From Anaerolineae bacterium (GTDB lineage: Bacteria > Chloroflexota > Anaerolineae > 4572-78 > NAK82), in contig DAOTVI010000044.1 of assembly GCA_034436775.1 (NCBI GenBank), positions 14,058 through 78,057 of the forward strand: a stretch of 64,000 nucleotides of DNA, read 5' to 3'. The stretch's first letter is position 1, and every line of letters begins with the position of its first letter. The notes under the pieces are model-generated. The model was not told where the DNA came from and did not search any database. It saw only the letters and a list, made by a program, of their open reading frames with translations. Below are positions 25,981 to 35,491 of the stretch, piece after piece. The translations under genes and the position numbers were made by a program.

Positions 25981-28326
25981 TCAATGGTGCGGTGCGCGGG
26001 CCACTAGGTAGGCGACGCAGGTCTGCCAATCGACCACCTGACCGCGCAGCTGCTCCAGCAGGGCGCGCAGCTGCGCGATCTCCTCTGCCGAGAGATGGTG
26101 GCGCAGGCGTTGGGCATAGCTGGGCCGTCCGCCTTGACCCGGCTCGGCAAACCAACGCGCCAGCAATGCGGCGTGGATTTGCTGCTGGGTCGTATAGGTC
26201 TGCGTTTCCACATGCACCTCAACAAACCCTGCAGTGCGAAAGGCCGTGGCCAGGTCGTCGGCATCCCAGCTCACCAGGGGATCGGCGGGGTCGTGGTGCA
26301 GTGCTTCTTCGGCAGCGGCCCAGCGCCGGTAGAGCGTCGTGTCCATTTCTGTGTCACGGAACAGGCGATATAGGCGCTGCCCATGGCGCGCCACCGTCTC
26401 GGCCAGCGCAACCCGCCCACCCGGCGCCAGCAGGGTGGCGAGCATCGCCGCTGCGCCGGCCTTGTCCGCCAGTGGCACCAGCGCATTGCGTCCGAGGATC
26501 ACATCGAAGTCAACCTTCTCATGGGCAGGCGCTTCCGCAGGAGCGAGGCGCTGCCACTCCTGAGCGATCAGCGTCGGCAGATCGTGGAGCGCGCCACACA
26601 GGATCACCGGCCGTGCCATCGCATCCAAGTTGGCGGCCTGTTGGCGCAATGCCTGGGCGGTGCGTTCGTCCCATGCCAATGCCCACACCCCGCCTGCCGA
26701 CGCGCGACGCACTGCTTCCCAGGTGAGCAATCCACTGCCGGCGTTGAGGTCGAGCACCAGGCTATGGCGTTCGATCTGCGCGGCGGCCATTACGCGCTCG
26801 CGCAGCGCGGCCAGGTGTTCCCCGACGTTGCTCAGGGTGCGTTGCAGCCAGGCGTCTCCCCGTCGCGTGCCCGTCCCGTGGGCGGCTTCATAGACCACGC
26901 GCGAGGCGACCATCGCCAAGTCGTCCTCCAGCATCGCTGCCAGTTGTGCTTCGCGGCGCCGCGCCACCTGTTCGCGGATGAGATTTTCGTAGCCCTGATC
27001 GGTGGGCTGATAGAACACCCGCCCCACCAGGTTATCCGGCAGGTATTGCTGCGCCACCCAGTGGTCGCGATAGGCGTGCGGGTAGAGATATCCGGTGCCG
27101 TGGCCCAGGCCCTCGGCGTCGCGGCTGGCGTCCTTGAGATGGGCGGGCACTTCTCCTTCGCGCTCCTGTTCGACCACACGAATGGCGTCCCACAGAGCGA
27201 AGGCGCTGTTGCTTTTGGGCGCGGTGGCCAGGTAGAGGCATGCCAGAGCGAGGTGGAAGCGACCTTCGGGAAGGCCCACGTAGTCGAAGGCCTGCGCGCA
27301 TGCCACCACCACCTGGATGGCGTGCGGATCGGCCATGCCGACGTCCTCGCCGGCGAAGATGAGCATGCGCCGCAGGATAAAGCGCGGGTCTTCACCGGCA
27401 TACAGCATGCGTGCCAGCCAGTAGAGGGCGGCGTCGGGATCCGAGCCGCGCAAGCTTTTGATGAAGGCACTGATGGTGTCGAAATGCGCATCGCCGTCGC
27501 GGTCATACAGCACTGCCCGGCGTTGGATCGATTCCTCGGCCACGCTCAGATCAACGTGGATGATCCCGTCCGCGCCGGGAGGCGTGGTCTCCACGGCGAG
27601 CTCCAGGGCGTTCAGCAGAGCGCGCGCGTCGCCGTTGGCTACGTTGATCAGGTGTTCCAGCGCGTCCTCGTCCACGCGCACCGCCCGCTTGCCGTAGCCG
27701 CGTTCGGGATCGCGCAACGCCTGCATCGCGATGCGGCGCAGCTCATCCGGCGAGAGCGGCTTGAGCTCGAAGATGCGCGAACGGCTGACCAGCGGTTTGA
27801 TCACTTCGAAGTAAGGGTTCTCGGTGGTGGCGCCGATGAGGATGATGGTGCCGTTTTCGACGTGAGGCAGCAGGGCATCCTGTTGCGCTTTGTTGAAGCG
27901 GTGCACCTCATCAACGAAGAGGATGGTGCGCTGGTTGTACATGCCACGCCGTTCCTGGGCGATGCGGATTGCTTCGCGGATGTCGGAGACGCCCGCCAGG
28001 ACGGCGTTGATGGTGATGAAGTGGGCGCGCGTGGTGTTGGCGATGATGCGGGCCAGGGTGGTCTTGCCGGTGCCGGGTGGCCCGTAGAAGATCAGCGATG
28101 AGAGCTGATCTGCCTGGATGGCACGACGCAGCAGTCGCCCCGGTCCGATAATGTGTTCCTGGCCAACGAACTCGTCGAGCGTGCGCGGTCGCATGCGCGC
28201 CGCCAGAGGCGCTTCGCGCTCAATGCGTTCTTCGCTCAGGCGCTCGAACATGTCCTGCACCGTTCTCACCCCTGCATCCTCCGGCCAAAGCCCATTTTGG
28301 AGGTGGCCTGGCATCGTCCCAGGCAA
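25981..28326 (-). CDS. rarA: Replication-associated recombination protein A (RarA/MgsA AAA+ ATPase) fused to a C-terminal class I SAM-methyltransferase-like domain
   Basis: The RarA part has PLAARMRPRTLDEFVGQEHIIGPG, FYGPPGTGKTTLARIIA, LFVDEVHRFNK and the MgsA_C region. A methyltransferase motif I, VLDLNAGSGLL (nt about 26731-26760), then DFDVILGRNAL and LLAPGGRVALAE follow. The start may instead be MFERL at 28251. Confidence 0.85.
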   Translation of the reverse strand: MPGTMPGHLQNGLWPEDAGVRTVQDMFERLSEERIEREAPLAARMRPRTLDEFVGQEHIIGPGRLLRRAIQADQLSSLIFYGPPGTGKTTLARIIANTTRAHFITINAVLAGVSDIREAIRIAQERRGMYNQRTILFVDEVHRFNKAQQDALLPHVENGTIILIGATTENPYFEVIKPLVSRSRIFELKPLSPDELRRIAMQALRDPERGYGKRAVRVDEDALEHLINVANGDARALLNALELAVETTPPGADGIIHVDLSVAEESIQRRAVLYDRDGDAHFDTISAFIKSLRGSDPDAALYWLARMLYAGEDPRFILRRMLIFAGEDVGMADPHAIQVVVACAQAFDYVGLPEGRFHLALACLYLATAPKSNSAFALWDAIRVVEQEREGEVPAHLKDASRDAEGLGHGTGYLYPHAYRDHWVAQQYLPDNLVGRVFYQPTDQGYENLIREQVARRREAQLAAMLEDDLAMVASRVVYEAAHGTGTRRGDAWLQRTLSNVGEHLAALRERVMAAAQIERHSLVLDLNAGSGLLTWEAVRRASAGGVWALAWDERTAQALRQQAANLDAMARPVILCGALHDLPTLIAQEWQRLAPAEAPAHEKVDFDVILGRNALVPLADKAGAAAMLATLLAPGGRVALAETVARHGQRLYRLFRDTEMDTTLYRRWAAAEEALHHDPADPLVSWDADDLATAFRTAGFVEVHVETQTYTTQQQIHAALLARWFAEPGQGGRPSYAQRLRHHLSAEEIAQLRALLEQLRGQVVDWQTCVAYLVARAPHH

Positions 28327-28499
28327 TGGTAAAGCTGAGACCGCGTGGATGTCCAGTGCCGAGTGTGCAGAGAGAAGGGGCTATGAGTCGCGGTGTCCGC
28401 GACGTGCCCCGCGGTGTGGAGAAACCCCCTCGCATCGCGGATGAGAGGACAGGACAGGGCTGGGGGGAGAAACCTATCCCTGAAAACCGTCTGCCCGCC

Positions 28500-30986
28500 T
28501 CATCCATCCAGAACCGGCTGCTCCGTCGGTTCGGCGGTCACGGGCAGCGGCGCCCACGCCACCACCGCCGCCGGCACCATCTGGATCGCCGCCAAGCCGA
28601 GCAGGTAGACCACCACCGCCACGCCGATCGCCAGCGAGAAGCCATAGCTCTGCGCGATCATGATGGTCAGGATCGAGCCGATCACCGAGCTGAAGCCGTT
28701 CACCCCCCACGCCCATGCCACCAGCGCCGGGTTGACGCGATCCACCAGCCGGATGCCCAGCGGGAACGGCATGCCCATCCCAATGCCCAAAGGCATCAGC
28801 AGTGCCACGGCGATGCCCACGCGCGCTTCCAGTGCCAGGCCGATGAGCGCGCGGAAGAGCGGTGGCAGCAGGAAGATGTACACCAGCGCCCCCAGCGCCA
28901 GCAGCGGGATGACCCGCACCTGGAGCGCGCGCGGATCGCCTTCGCCAAGCAGCCACCCCGACAGGAAACTGCCCACGCCCGAGAAGAAGAGGATGGCGAA
29001 CAGCACCACCGAAGTGGCATACACCGGATGTCCCAAGAAGAGGACAAAGCGCTGCATCAAGCCCACCTCGATCAGAATGAAACCGACGCCCAGTGCGGCG
29101 AAGTAGCTCAGGAAGTAGCCCGCCCCGCGCATTGCCAGGCCGTGTCGCTGGAAGCGCCATAAGGGCCAGAGGATGAACCCGCTGGCGAGCAGCAACGCCT
29201 GCACCAAGAGGATCAGCAGCGTCACTTTGCCCGAGCGAAAGTCGCCCAGGTTGCTCCAGCCGTAATATTCAAAGAAGAAGGGCCGGTCGTCCGTCGTCGG
29301 GCTGACGTCGAGCGGATAGGTGGCGAAGAAAGCGGCACGGTCGGGTGCGCGGAAGAAGCGCACGAACCAGTTGTCCGCGTCGCCCACGTCTGGGGCGTAC
29401 AAGATGATGAAATCGAGCTGCTCGGTCAGCTGGCGTATGCGCACGACCTCAGAGGGAGTGAAGGGCGAACGCTTCATGATGAAGGTAGCGGTGTCGCCGG
29501 CGCGCACCACGATGAAGTGTTGCGCCGGATCGGCCACGCCGCGCGCTTCCAGCGCTGCCGTGCCGATGGTGACCAGGCGAAACGCTTGCTGGGGCGGGTC
29601 GAAGTACCAGCGCCCCACCGTGAGCACCCCGTCTTCGGTCAGGTGATCGTAATAGTCCAGGAACGCCTCGACGGTGTAGAGGAAGTTCTCGCTGAGGCTA
29701 TAGGCACCCGCAGCGGCCGCTGCCCAGGTGTCCACCTGCGAGAACTGGATGAGGTCGAAGCGCTCCGTCGTGCGCGCGACGAAATTGCGTCCCTCGGCGG
29801 CGTGGATTTCCACGTTGGGATAGTCGGTGTAGATGCCGCCGGCGAAGTCGCGGTAGAGCGCTTTGTCTGCCACCAGGGCGATGATGAGCGGGTTGATCTC
29901 CACGCCGACGATGCGCGGCACGCGGTTATATAGCGCGGTGAGCACGTCAATACCGCCGCCCGGCCCGATGATCAGCGCGCTTTGCGGCGGTCGCTCGCCC
30001 AGGCGATAGGCCAGGCTGCTCGGCGCACAGTTGACGAAGCTGATCGTCTCCAGGTCGCCGTTGAAGCGCGTGATCGCGGCGATGGCGGCGGCGTCAATAG
30101 TGATGAACATCTGCTCGGGTGGCGGCGGTGCCGGGCAACGCGCGCTCAGCCCCCAGGCGCCCAGGCTGGCGCCGGGGCGATACATCACATCCACGCGCGC
30201 GAAGGGCGTATGGCCGGTGTATACCAGCGCGATCGTCGGATCGGCGTAAGCTTGATAGAGCGGCTTGCTCGGGGGGATGTGCAATGGGAACAATCTTTCT
30301 GCCAGCGGCGCGCCGGAGAAGAGTGCCAATGCCGCAAGCGGCGCCGCATAGGTCAGGATGCGCCGTCCGCCGGCATCCTGGTGGAAGCAGAAGGTTGCCA
30401 GCGCTGCCAGCCCCGCGGCGACCATCACCACGCCCTGGCCCGGCAGCGCCCACAGCAGTGCCACCACCAGCAGACAGCCCAGTCCGGCGCCGATCAGGTC
30501 GGCGAAGTAGAGCGTGCTGATGCGCCGTGCGAAGGTGGCAAAGGCACCGCCCAGCGTCAACCCGGCGAAGAAGAAGGGCACGACCACCAGGATGTATTCG
30601 GCCAGCAACAGGACGATCAGCCAGGCGGTCTGTGCAAAGCGTTCCGCATCGCTCAGGCCCGGCAGGAGCGGCGCGAGCGGGTCGAGCGGCAGACGGGTGA
30701 TCAGCGCGAAGGCGAGGACGATGCTCAGCGTCGTCAGTGCGGCGAAGATGGGCAATCTGCCGGTCAGCGGTTCATTGCGCACCGCCCGCCGCGCGGTGAG
30801 ATAGGCGCCGCTGGCACCGAAGCCGAGCAGCGCCGTGCTGATCACCATGAAGGCGAGATGATACCACATGGTGACGGAAAAGATGCGTGTCAGGGCGATC
30901 TCCAACGTCAGCACGGCCATGCTGATCAGGAAGACGCCCCCATAGAGCCAGCGATGGGTGGATGTCGGGGTCACATGTTCCTCCAC
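28500..30986 (-). CDS. Spermidine-synthase-like domain embedded in a polytopic membrane protein
   Basis: 828 aa with many TM segments on both sides of an aminopropyltransferase-like fold (ALIIGPGGGIDVLTAL..IVGVEINPLI..DLIQFSQVD). Confidence 0.8.
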   Translation of the reverse strand: MEEHVTPTSTHRWLYGGVFLISMAVLTLEIALTRIFSVTMWYHLAFMVISTALLGFGASGAYLTARRAVRNEPLTGRLPIFAALTTLSIVLAFALITRLPLDPLAPLLPGLSDAERFAQTAWLIVLLLAEYILVVVPFFFAGLTLGGAFATFARRISTLYFADLIGAGLGCLLVVALLWALPGQGVVMVAAGLAALATFCFHQDAGGRRILTYAAPLAALALFSGAPLAERLFPLHIPPSKPLYQAYADPTIALVYTGHTPFARVDVMYRPGASLGAWGLSARCPAPPPPEQMFITIDAAAIAAITRFNGDLETISFVNCAPSSLAYRLGERPPQSALIIGPGGGIDVLTALYNRVPRIVGVEINPLIIALVADKALYRDFAGGIYTDYPNVEIHAAEGRNFVARTTERFDLIQFSQVDTWAAAAAGAYSLSENFLYTVEAFLDYYDHLTEDGVLTVGRWYFDPPQQAFRLVTIGTAALEARGVADPAQHFIVVRAGDTATFIMKRSPFTPSEVVRIRQLTEQLDFIILYAPDVGDADNWFVRFFRAPDRAAFFATYPLDVSPTTDDRPFFFEYYGWSNLGDFRSGKVTLLILLVQALLLASGFILWPLWRFQRHGLAMRGAGYFLSYFAALGVGFILIEVGLMQRFVLFLGHPVYATSVVLFAILFFSGVGSFLSGWLLGEGDPRALQVRVIPLLALGALVYIFLLPPLFRALIGLALEARVGIAVALLMPLGIGMGMPFPLGIRLVDRVNPALVAWAWGVNGFSSVIGSILTIMIAQSYGFSLAIGVAVVVYLLGLAAIQMVPAAVVAWAPLPVTAEPTEQPVLDG

Positions 30987-31016
30987 AGATGGAAGTTGAT
31001 GCGATGATGGGTCGGG

Positions 31017-31553
31017 TCAGCGGCGGGCACGGGAACGGGCCTCGTCACGGCGCGCGCGGCGCCGGAAGATGTCCAGCCAGCGCTCCACCTCCGCCTTGGG
31101 GAGCCGCGGGCTATTGGACAGGCGGCGCGGTGTGCGTGTCCGCGGGCGTCGGCGGCGCGTCGGTTGACGCAGCTCGGCAACGAAGGCTTGCGCATCCATC
31201 ACCCGACAGCCGCGCTCGCGCGCTGCCTGCTGGATGGTGCGATCCGACGAGACAACGATGAGCTGGCGTGGGTTCGCCTCGCTGCGGATTGCCTGCAGGA
31301 TCAGCTCGTCCGCCTGGTGGCCAAAGGGCGCGGCGTACACCGTGATGCCCGCCTCGACGCGGCGCACGGGTGGCCGATAGGTCAGCCCCGGGTCGAAATA
31401 CACCGCCAGCTCCGCGCCGGTGGAAGCACGATAGGCGCGCAGCCGATTCAGCAACTCCTCTTCATCGTTGGGATCATCCAGGCTGAGGTCTGTCATCTGG
31501 CCGATGAGATTATGCCCGTCAATCAGGATCATCGCCCGTCCGTCATCCGTCAA
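31017..31553 (-). CDS. NYN/YacP-like predicted RNA-binding nuclease domain protein
   Basis: ILIDGHNLIGQMTDLSLDDPNDEEELLNRLRAY..AVYFD..VVSSDRTIQQAARERG, followed by a basic tail. Confidence 0.8.
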   Translation of the reverse strand: MTDDGRAMILIDGHNLIGQMTDLSLDDPNDEEELLNRLRAYRASTGAELAVYFDPGLTYRPPVRRVEAGITVYAAPFGHQADELILQAIRSEANPRQLIVVSSDRTIQQAARERGCRVMDAQAFVAELRQPTRRRRPRTRTPRRLSNSPRLPKAEVERWLDIFRRRARRDEARSRARR

Positions 31554-32785
31554 AATCCGATGGCAATCTGTTGGGGATCCACGTAATGGTTGAAGGGCTC
31601 AATGGCGACCTCTTCGTGGATGAGGCCCGCCCAGAAGTAAACCACGTCCTTTTTGGCGGGCACGTCGACGATCTGGATGCTGCCGGTGATCACGGCACGT
31701 CGGCCGGGCAGCAGGTAGTAGAACGTCTGGCCATCAATCTCGCGCGCTTCCAGCTGGTCGCGATGGCCCAGCGCCCAGCGGTACGGATAGGGGTAGCCGG
31801 GATTGCCCTCGTAGTCGATGCCCACCCGCCATGCGCCGGGTGACTGGTAAAAGCCCTTGGTGTTGAAGTTTTCATCGCTGCGGTAGTGCGTGCCCGAGTC
31901 CGGCCCGGTGGTGCGGATGGGCACCTGGCCGAAGTTCTCCACCGTCAGCGTGAAGGCGAGCGTGCCGCCCAGAGGTACCACCTTGTCGCCCGTTTCCGGA
32001 TTGTAGAAATCAACGTGCGCCTGGACGATGTCGGCGCGCGGGCGGCCACCGTCCCGGATTGTCACCGTATCGGTCACCACGGTGCGGTTGCCGACGCGAT
32101 CGACTGCCTCGGCGCGCACGATGTAATCGCCGTTGGGGGGTGGGTCGGCGCCCAGATCCACCCCGCCGTCATAATCGTACATGTGCAGCCCGGGCTCGCC
32201 CGGTTTGACGTCGCGTTCCTTCTCAGCGATGGGGTACTTGGTGCCGTCCATGCCGATGAGATAGACGGTCACGTCGGCGGGCTTGTTGAGGTAATAGTTG
32301 ATCGTGATGCGGTCGTGTTTGCCGTCCTGGTTGGGGGTGAAGACCTTGGGATAGACGCTGAAGCCCTGCAATTCGGGCAGCAGGGTATCGGCGTCGCGGA
32401 TGAACAGCTCGCCCTGAGCTTGTTGCACCGTGCCATCATCGCCGATCGCCTCGACCACCCAGGTGTAGCGGCCATCGGGCAGCATACGCCCACCGACCAC
32501 GCCGCTGAAATCAACCTGATAGGCGCCGGGGGAGCGGCGGCGTTCCTGGCGGAAGTAGTGTTTGGCGCCCGCCTCGTCCACCAGGTAGATGGACAGGTTG
32601 GCGCTGTGACCCAGCTTGTAGGCGATGCGGGCCACATCGTCCATCCCGTCGGCGTTGGGGGTGATGGTGGCCGGGCGCACTACGACGTCGTAGAGCAGAG
32701 GCGTCTGATCACACGCGATAAGAAAGAACGGCACGCTGCCCAATGCGAGCGCGGCCAGGAGATGGGTTAGTCGCATCACGCGCAT
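31550..32785 (-). CDS. Lipoprotein with repeated FlgD-Ig-like beta-sandwich domains
   Basis: The likely start is MRVMRLTHLLAALALGSVPFFLIAC, which carries a lipobox. There are two TPNADG/TPNQDG..D..I.Y repeats. The ORF-track N-terminus (32911) runs into the IS remnant. Confidence 0.75.
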   Translation of the reverse strand: MRVMRLTHLLAALALGSVPFFLIACDQTPLLYDVVVRPATITPNADGMDDVARIAYKLGHSANLSIYLVDEAGAKHYFRQERRRSPGAYQVDFSGVVGGRMLPDGRYTWVVEAIGDDGTVQQAQGELFIRDADTLLPELQGFSVYPKVFTPNQDGKHDRITINYYLNKPADVTVYLIGMDGTKYPIAEKERDVKPGEPGLHMYDYDGGVDLGADPPPNGDYIVRAEAVDRVGNRTVVTDTVTIRDGGRPRADIVQAHVDFYNPETGDKVVPLGGTLAFTLTVENFGQVPIRTTGPDSGTHYRSDENFNTKGFYQSPGAWRVGIDYEGNPGYPYPYRWALGHRDQLEAREIDGQTFYYLLPGRRAVITGSIQIVDVPAKKDVVYFWAGLIHEEVAIEPFNHYVDPQQIAIGF

Positions 32786-32854
32786 CCTCAGGAACACCGA
32801 GCTTATCATTCCGATGATAAGCGCGTTGAGCGCGTCGGTCAAGTGAGAGAGGGG

Positions 32855-33373
32855 AAGGGTGTTGAAAAAGTGTGCTGAGAATTCGGGTGGTTGGAGAGAT
32901 TGGGATTGCATTCGGCCATTCGGTTGCCGTGCACGCGCACGGGGAAGCGCGCTGGGAACAAAGAGGTGTGGGAAGCATTACCGGCGACGCCGCAATACCA
33001 GGCGGGGCAAAAGGAGCGCTACAAGATTGAACGCAAGTATGGCGAGGCCAAGGCGTATCACGGGCTGCGGCGATGTCGCTATGTGGGCTGGCTGCGTTGC
33101 ACCTTGCAGGCATATCTGACCGCAATAGCGCTCAATCTCGAGCGGCTGGTGCGCCTGCTGACAGGTGTGCCGTTTCGCGGACGTGCTCCCGCGGTGGCCT
33201 GACCCAGGGCGGAGTCTGCCTGGAGGAAGCAAAAGGGGGATGGAAAGGGGGCAAGGAGGTCAAAAGATGGGCAGAGGGATGCCGAATGGGGCGGATCATC
33301 CGGGCTGAATAAAGCCTGTGAACGCGCTGCCAAGGCAGCATCACACTTTTCAGCCCACTTTTTCAACACCCTC
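32855..33373. mobile_element. Internally deleted IS (IS5/IS1182-type) with 24-bp terminal inverted repeats retained
   Basis: The left end aagggtgttgaaaaagtgtgctga (32855-32878) matches the reverse complement of the right end tcagcccactttttcaacaccctc (33350-33373) at 22/24. Only the transposase C-terminus lies between them. Confidence 0.7.
32891..33202 (+). pseudogene. Transposase C-terminal fragment (DDE, IS5/IS1182-like)
   Basis: QKERYKIERKYGEAKAYHGLRRCRYVGWLRCTLQAYLTAIALNLERLVRLL is the typical C-terminal block of these transposases. No N-terminal or catalytic part is present. Confidence 0.7.
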
Positions 33374-33384
33374 AACACAGAGAC

Positions 33385-33413
33385 TTGTAAGTGGCTAACT
33401 TCTGTGCTATAAT
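33385..33413 (+). promoter_or_regulatory. Near-consensus promoter immediately outside the IS remnant
   Basis: TTGTAA, 17-nt spacer, TATAAT with a TG extension (tgTGcTATAAT). It lies about 450 nt upstream of the sugar-binding protein gene. Confidence 0.45.
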
Positions 33414-33863
33414 GACTACGATTATTCACCACCTATCGCGCATTTTGTTGAATCTGGTCAACTAACGTGGGCTGAGATTGCGAAAGTAGGGGGCAATCGA
33501 GACGGCGCGATGACGCGGCATGGGCGACCAAAGACGAAAATGAACGCAGATACAGTCCCTTTATCCCCTATAAGAAGGCCCTTAGATTGCGTCATGGATG
33601 GTGATGTACGTGTTTGTCCTCTGAACAGAACGCAACCGCTCAGCCCATCCAATACTGGCCGAAGGTGTTTCGCGTTTGCGGGCCATTTGCGCAAGCAGAG
33701 GTGTTCTGTCTCGGCATTTCAGGAAGGAGGTGATCGCAAAAGGGTCCAGAGCCAATTCATAAAAAGCAACCTTGTGAGTCAGTTTCATCGGAGGATTTTC
33801 TAAGAGGAACATCGTGGTACCTGATTAAATTGTGGATTACTTACCCAAGGGAGGGAAGCAAAA

Positions 33864-35381
33864 ATGGAAAGCCGATTCAAGCCAATACGTCTGTTGGTCG
33901 TCCTGGGGCTGGTTCTGGGACTCAGCGTTTTTGCCGCTCCATCGTTTTCCGCTCCCCCGGCACAAACTCCTGTCGGGCCGGCGCCTCTCGATGTCATCAA
34001 ATGGGAGTATCCGCCCAGCTTCGGCGGCGTGACCATCAATCTTGTCGGAGATGCTGGCCACAATCTGCGACCATACGAATTTTGGAAGAGTGACTTTGAG
34101 AAAGCAGGTATCTCCGTCCTGGTCACCGAAGTCCCATTCGAAGGTGTCTACGAGAAGCTCAAGACCGAGTTCGTCGCCGGCACCGGTGCGTTTGATGTGG
34201 TGACGTTCTACCCCGCCTACATTGGTGACTTTGCTGGGAACGGCTATCTGGAGCCGCTGGATGAGTATATGGCCAAAGAACCCGCCGCGGTTTGGGATCC
34301 CAATCCTGCCGATGTGCTGGCGCCGTTTTGGGAACTGTACTGCAAGTTCGGCGGCAAGGTCTATGCGCTTCCCATTGACGGTGATGTGCATATGCTGATG
34401 TATCGCAAAGACCTGTTTGAGCATCCAGACGAGCAGGCGGCTTTCAAAGCGAAATACGGCAAGGAACTGGCACCACCGGAGACATGGGAGGATTGGCTGC
34501 AGGTCGGCGAGTTCTTCACCCGGAAGAAGGGCGAGAAACTGGCTGGCGAGGTGCTGGACCGTGACTTCTACGGCTCGGCCGAGTTTGCCAAGCGCGGGTT
34601 CAGCTTTGCGTGGTTCGTGGACCGCTGGGCGGCCTTCGGCGAGCCCTATTTTGACGAGCAGATGAACCCACTGGTCAATTCGCCCAACGCGGTGAAAGCG
34701 CTGCAAAACTTTGTGGACAGCCTGAAGAACGCCCCGCCGGATGTGCTGGGTTATGGCTACGACGAGCTGCGTGACGCGTTCCTCAAGGGCAACGTGGCGA
34801 TGGTAGTCCAGTGGACAGATGTCCCCAAGAAAGGCGCTGACCCCAGCCAGTCCGCCATTGTGGGCAAAATCGGTGTGGGGCGTGTGCCCGGCTGGAAGAT
34901 CGGCGATCAGGTGGTACACCGCGCGATGATGCCGGTGGGCCGGGTTGTCGCCGTCGCTGCCGACTCGCAAAACAAGGAAGCCGCTTACTGGGTGGCCAAG
35001 CATGTCAGTTATGACCGCAGCTTGGAGGATGTCTCTACGCCGTTGACCGGCCTGGATCCCTATCGCAAGACTCACTTCACCAATCCTCAGGCATATACCA
35101 TGTTCGCCAGCGTAGAGGAAGCCCAGGCTTACCTGAACGGTGTCGAGGCAGCGATGGCCGACGGCTATCCGGAGATCTTCATCCCCGGCGCGGCCCAATA
35201 TGAGGATTCCTTGGATCTGCATGTTAATAAGGCACTGGCAGGCCAGGAAACCCCCCAGGAAGCGTTGGATGCTGTAGCCAGGGAGTGGAACGAGATCACG
35301 GATAAGCTGGGGCGCGACAAACAAATCGAGCTGTGGGGTAAGGCTCTCGAAGCATACAAAGCCCTGGGATTGATCCGATAA
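33864..35381 (+). CDS. ABC transporter extracellular solute-binding protein (family 1, carbohydrate type)
   Basis: It has an SD (GGGAGGGAAG) and a signal peptide (LLVVLGLVLGLSVFAAPSFSA). At 505 aa it is a typical sugar SBP, and two permease genes follow it. Confidence 0.9.
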   Translation: MESRFKPIRLLVVLGLVLGLSVFAAPSFSAPPAQTPVGPAPLDVIKWEYPPSFGGVTINLVGDAGHNLRPYEFWKSDFEKAGISVLVTEVPFEGVYEKLKTEFVAGTGAFDVVTFYPAYIGDFAGNGYLEPLDEYMAKEPAAVWDPNPADVLAPFWELYCKFGGKVYALPIDGDVHMLMYRKDLFEHPDEQAAFKAKYGKELAPPETWEDWLQVGEFFTRKKGEKLAGEVLDRDFYGSAEFAKRGFSFAWFVDRWAAFGEPYFDEQMNPLVNSPNAVKALQNFVDSLKNAPPDVLGYGYDELRDAFLKGNVAMVVQWTDVPKKGADPSQSAIVGKIGVGRVPGWKIGDQVVHRAMMPVGRVVAVAADSQNKEAAYWVAKHVSYDRSLEDVSTPLTGLDPYRKTHFTNPQAYTMFASVEEAQAYLNGVEAAMADGYPEIFIPGAAQYEDSLDLHVNKALAGQETPQEALDAVAREWNEITDKLGRDKQIELWGKALEAYKALGLIR

Positions 35382-35491
35382 TCTCACCGTTCGATCATGG
35401 GGTGAGGGATGCCTATCCATGAAGGCATCCCTCACCTTCCCCTCGGCAACATAACTGATGGCTTGATACGGTTCCTGAGTGTGAGACAAGT

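Noticed and set aside
33455-33520. TPP-riboswitch-like GCTGAGA motif in the leader of the sugar operon
   Set aside because: The other conserved TPP aptamer elements (the ACCTGATCTGGATAATGCCAGCG-type arm) are absent, and the downstream genes are unrelated to thiamine.
33510-33812. ORFs 33510..33803 (+) and 33582..33812 (-) in the lower-GC spacer
   Set aside because: They have no RBS, no recognisable motifs, and they overlap each other. They are more likely non-coding or decayed sequence.
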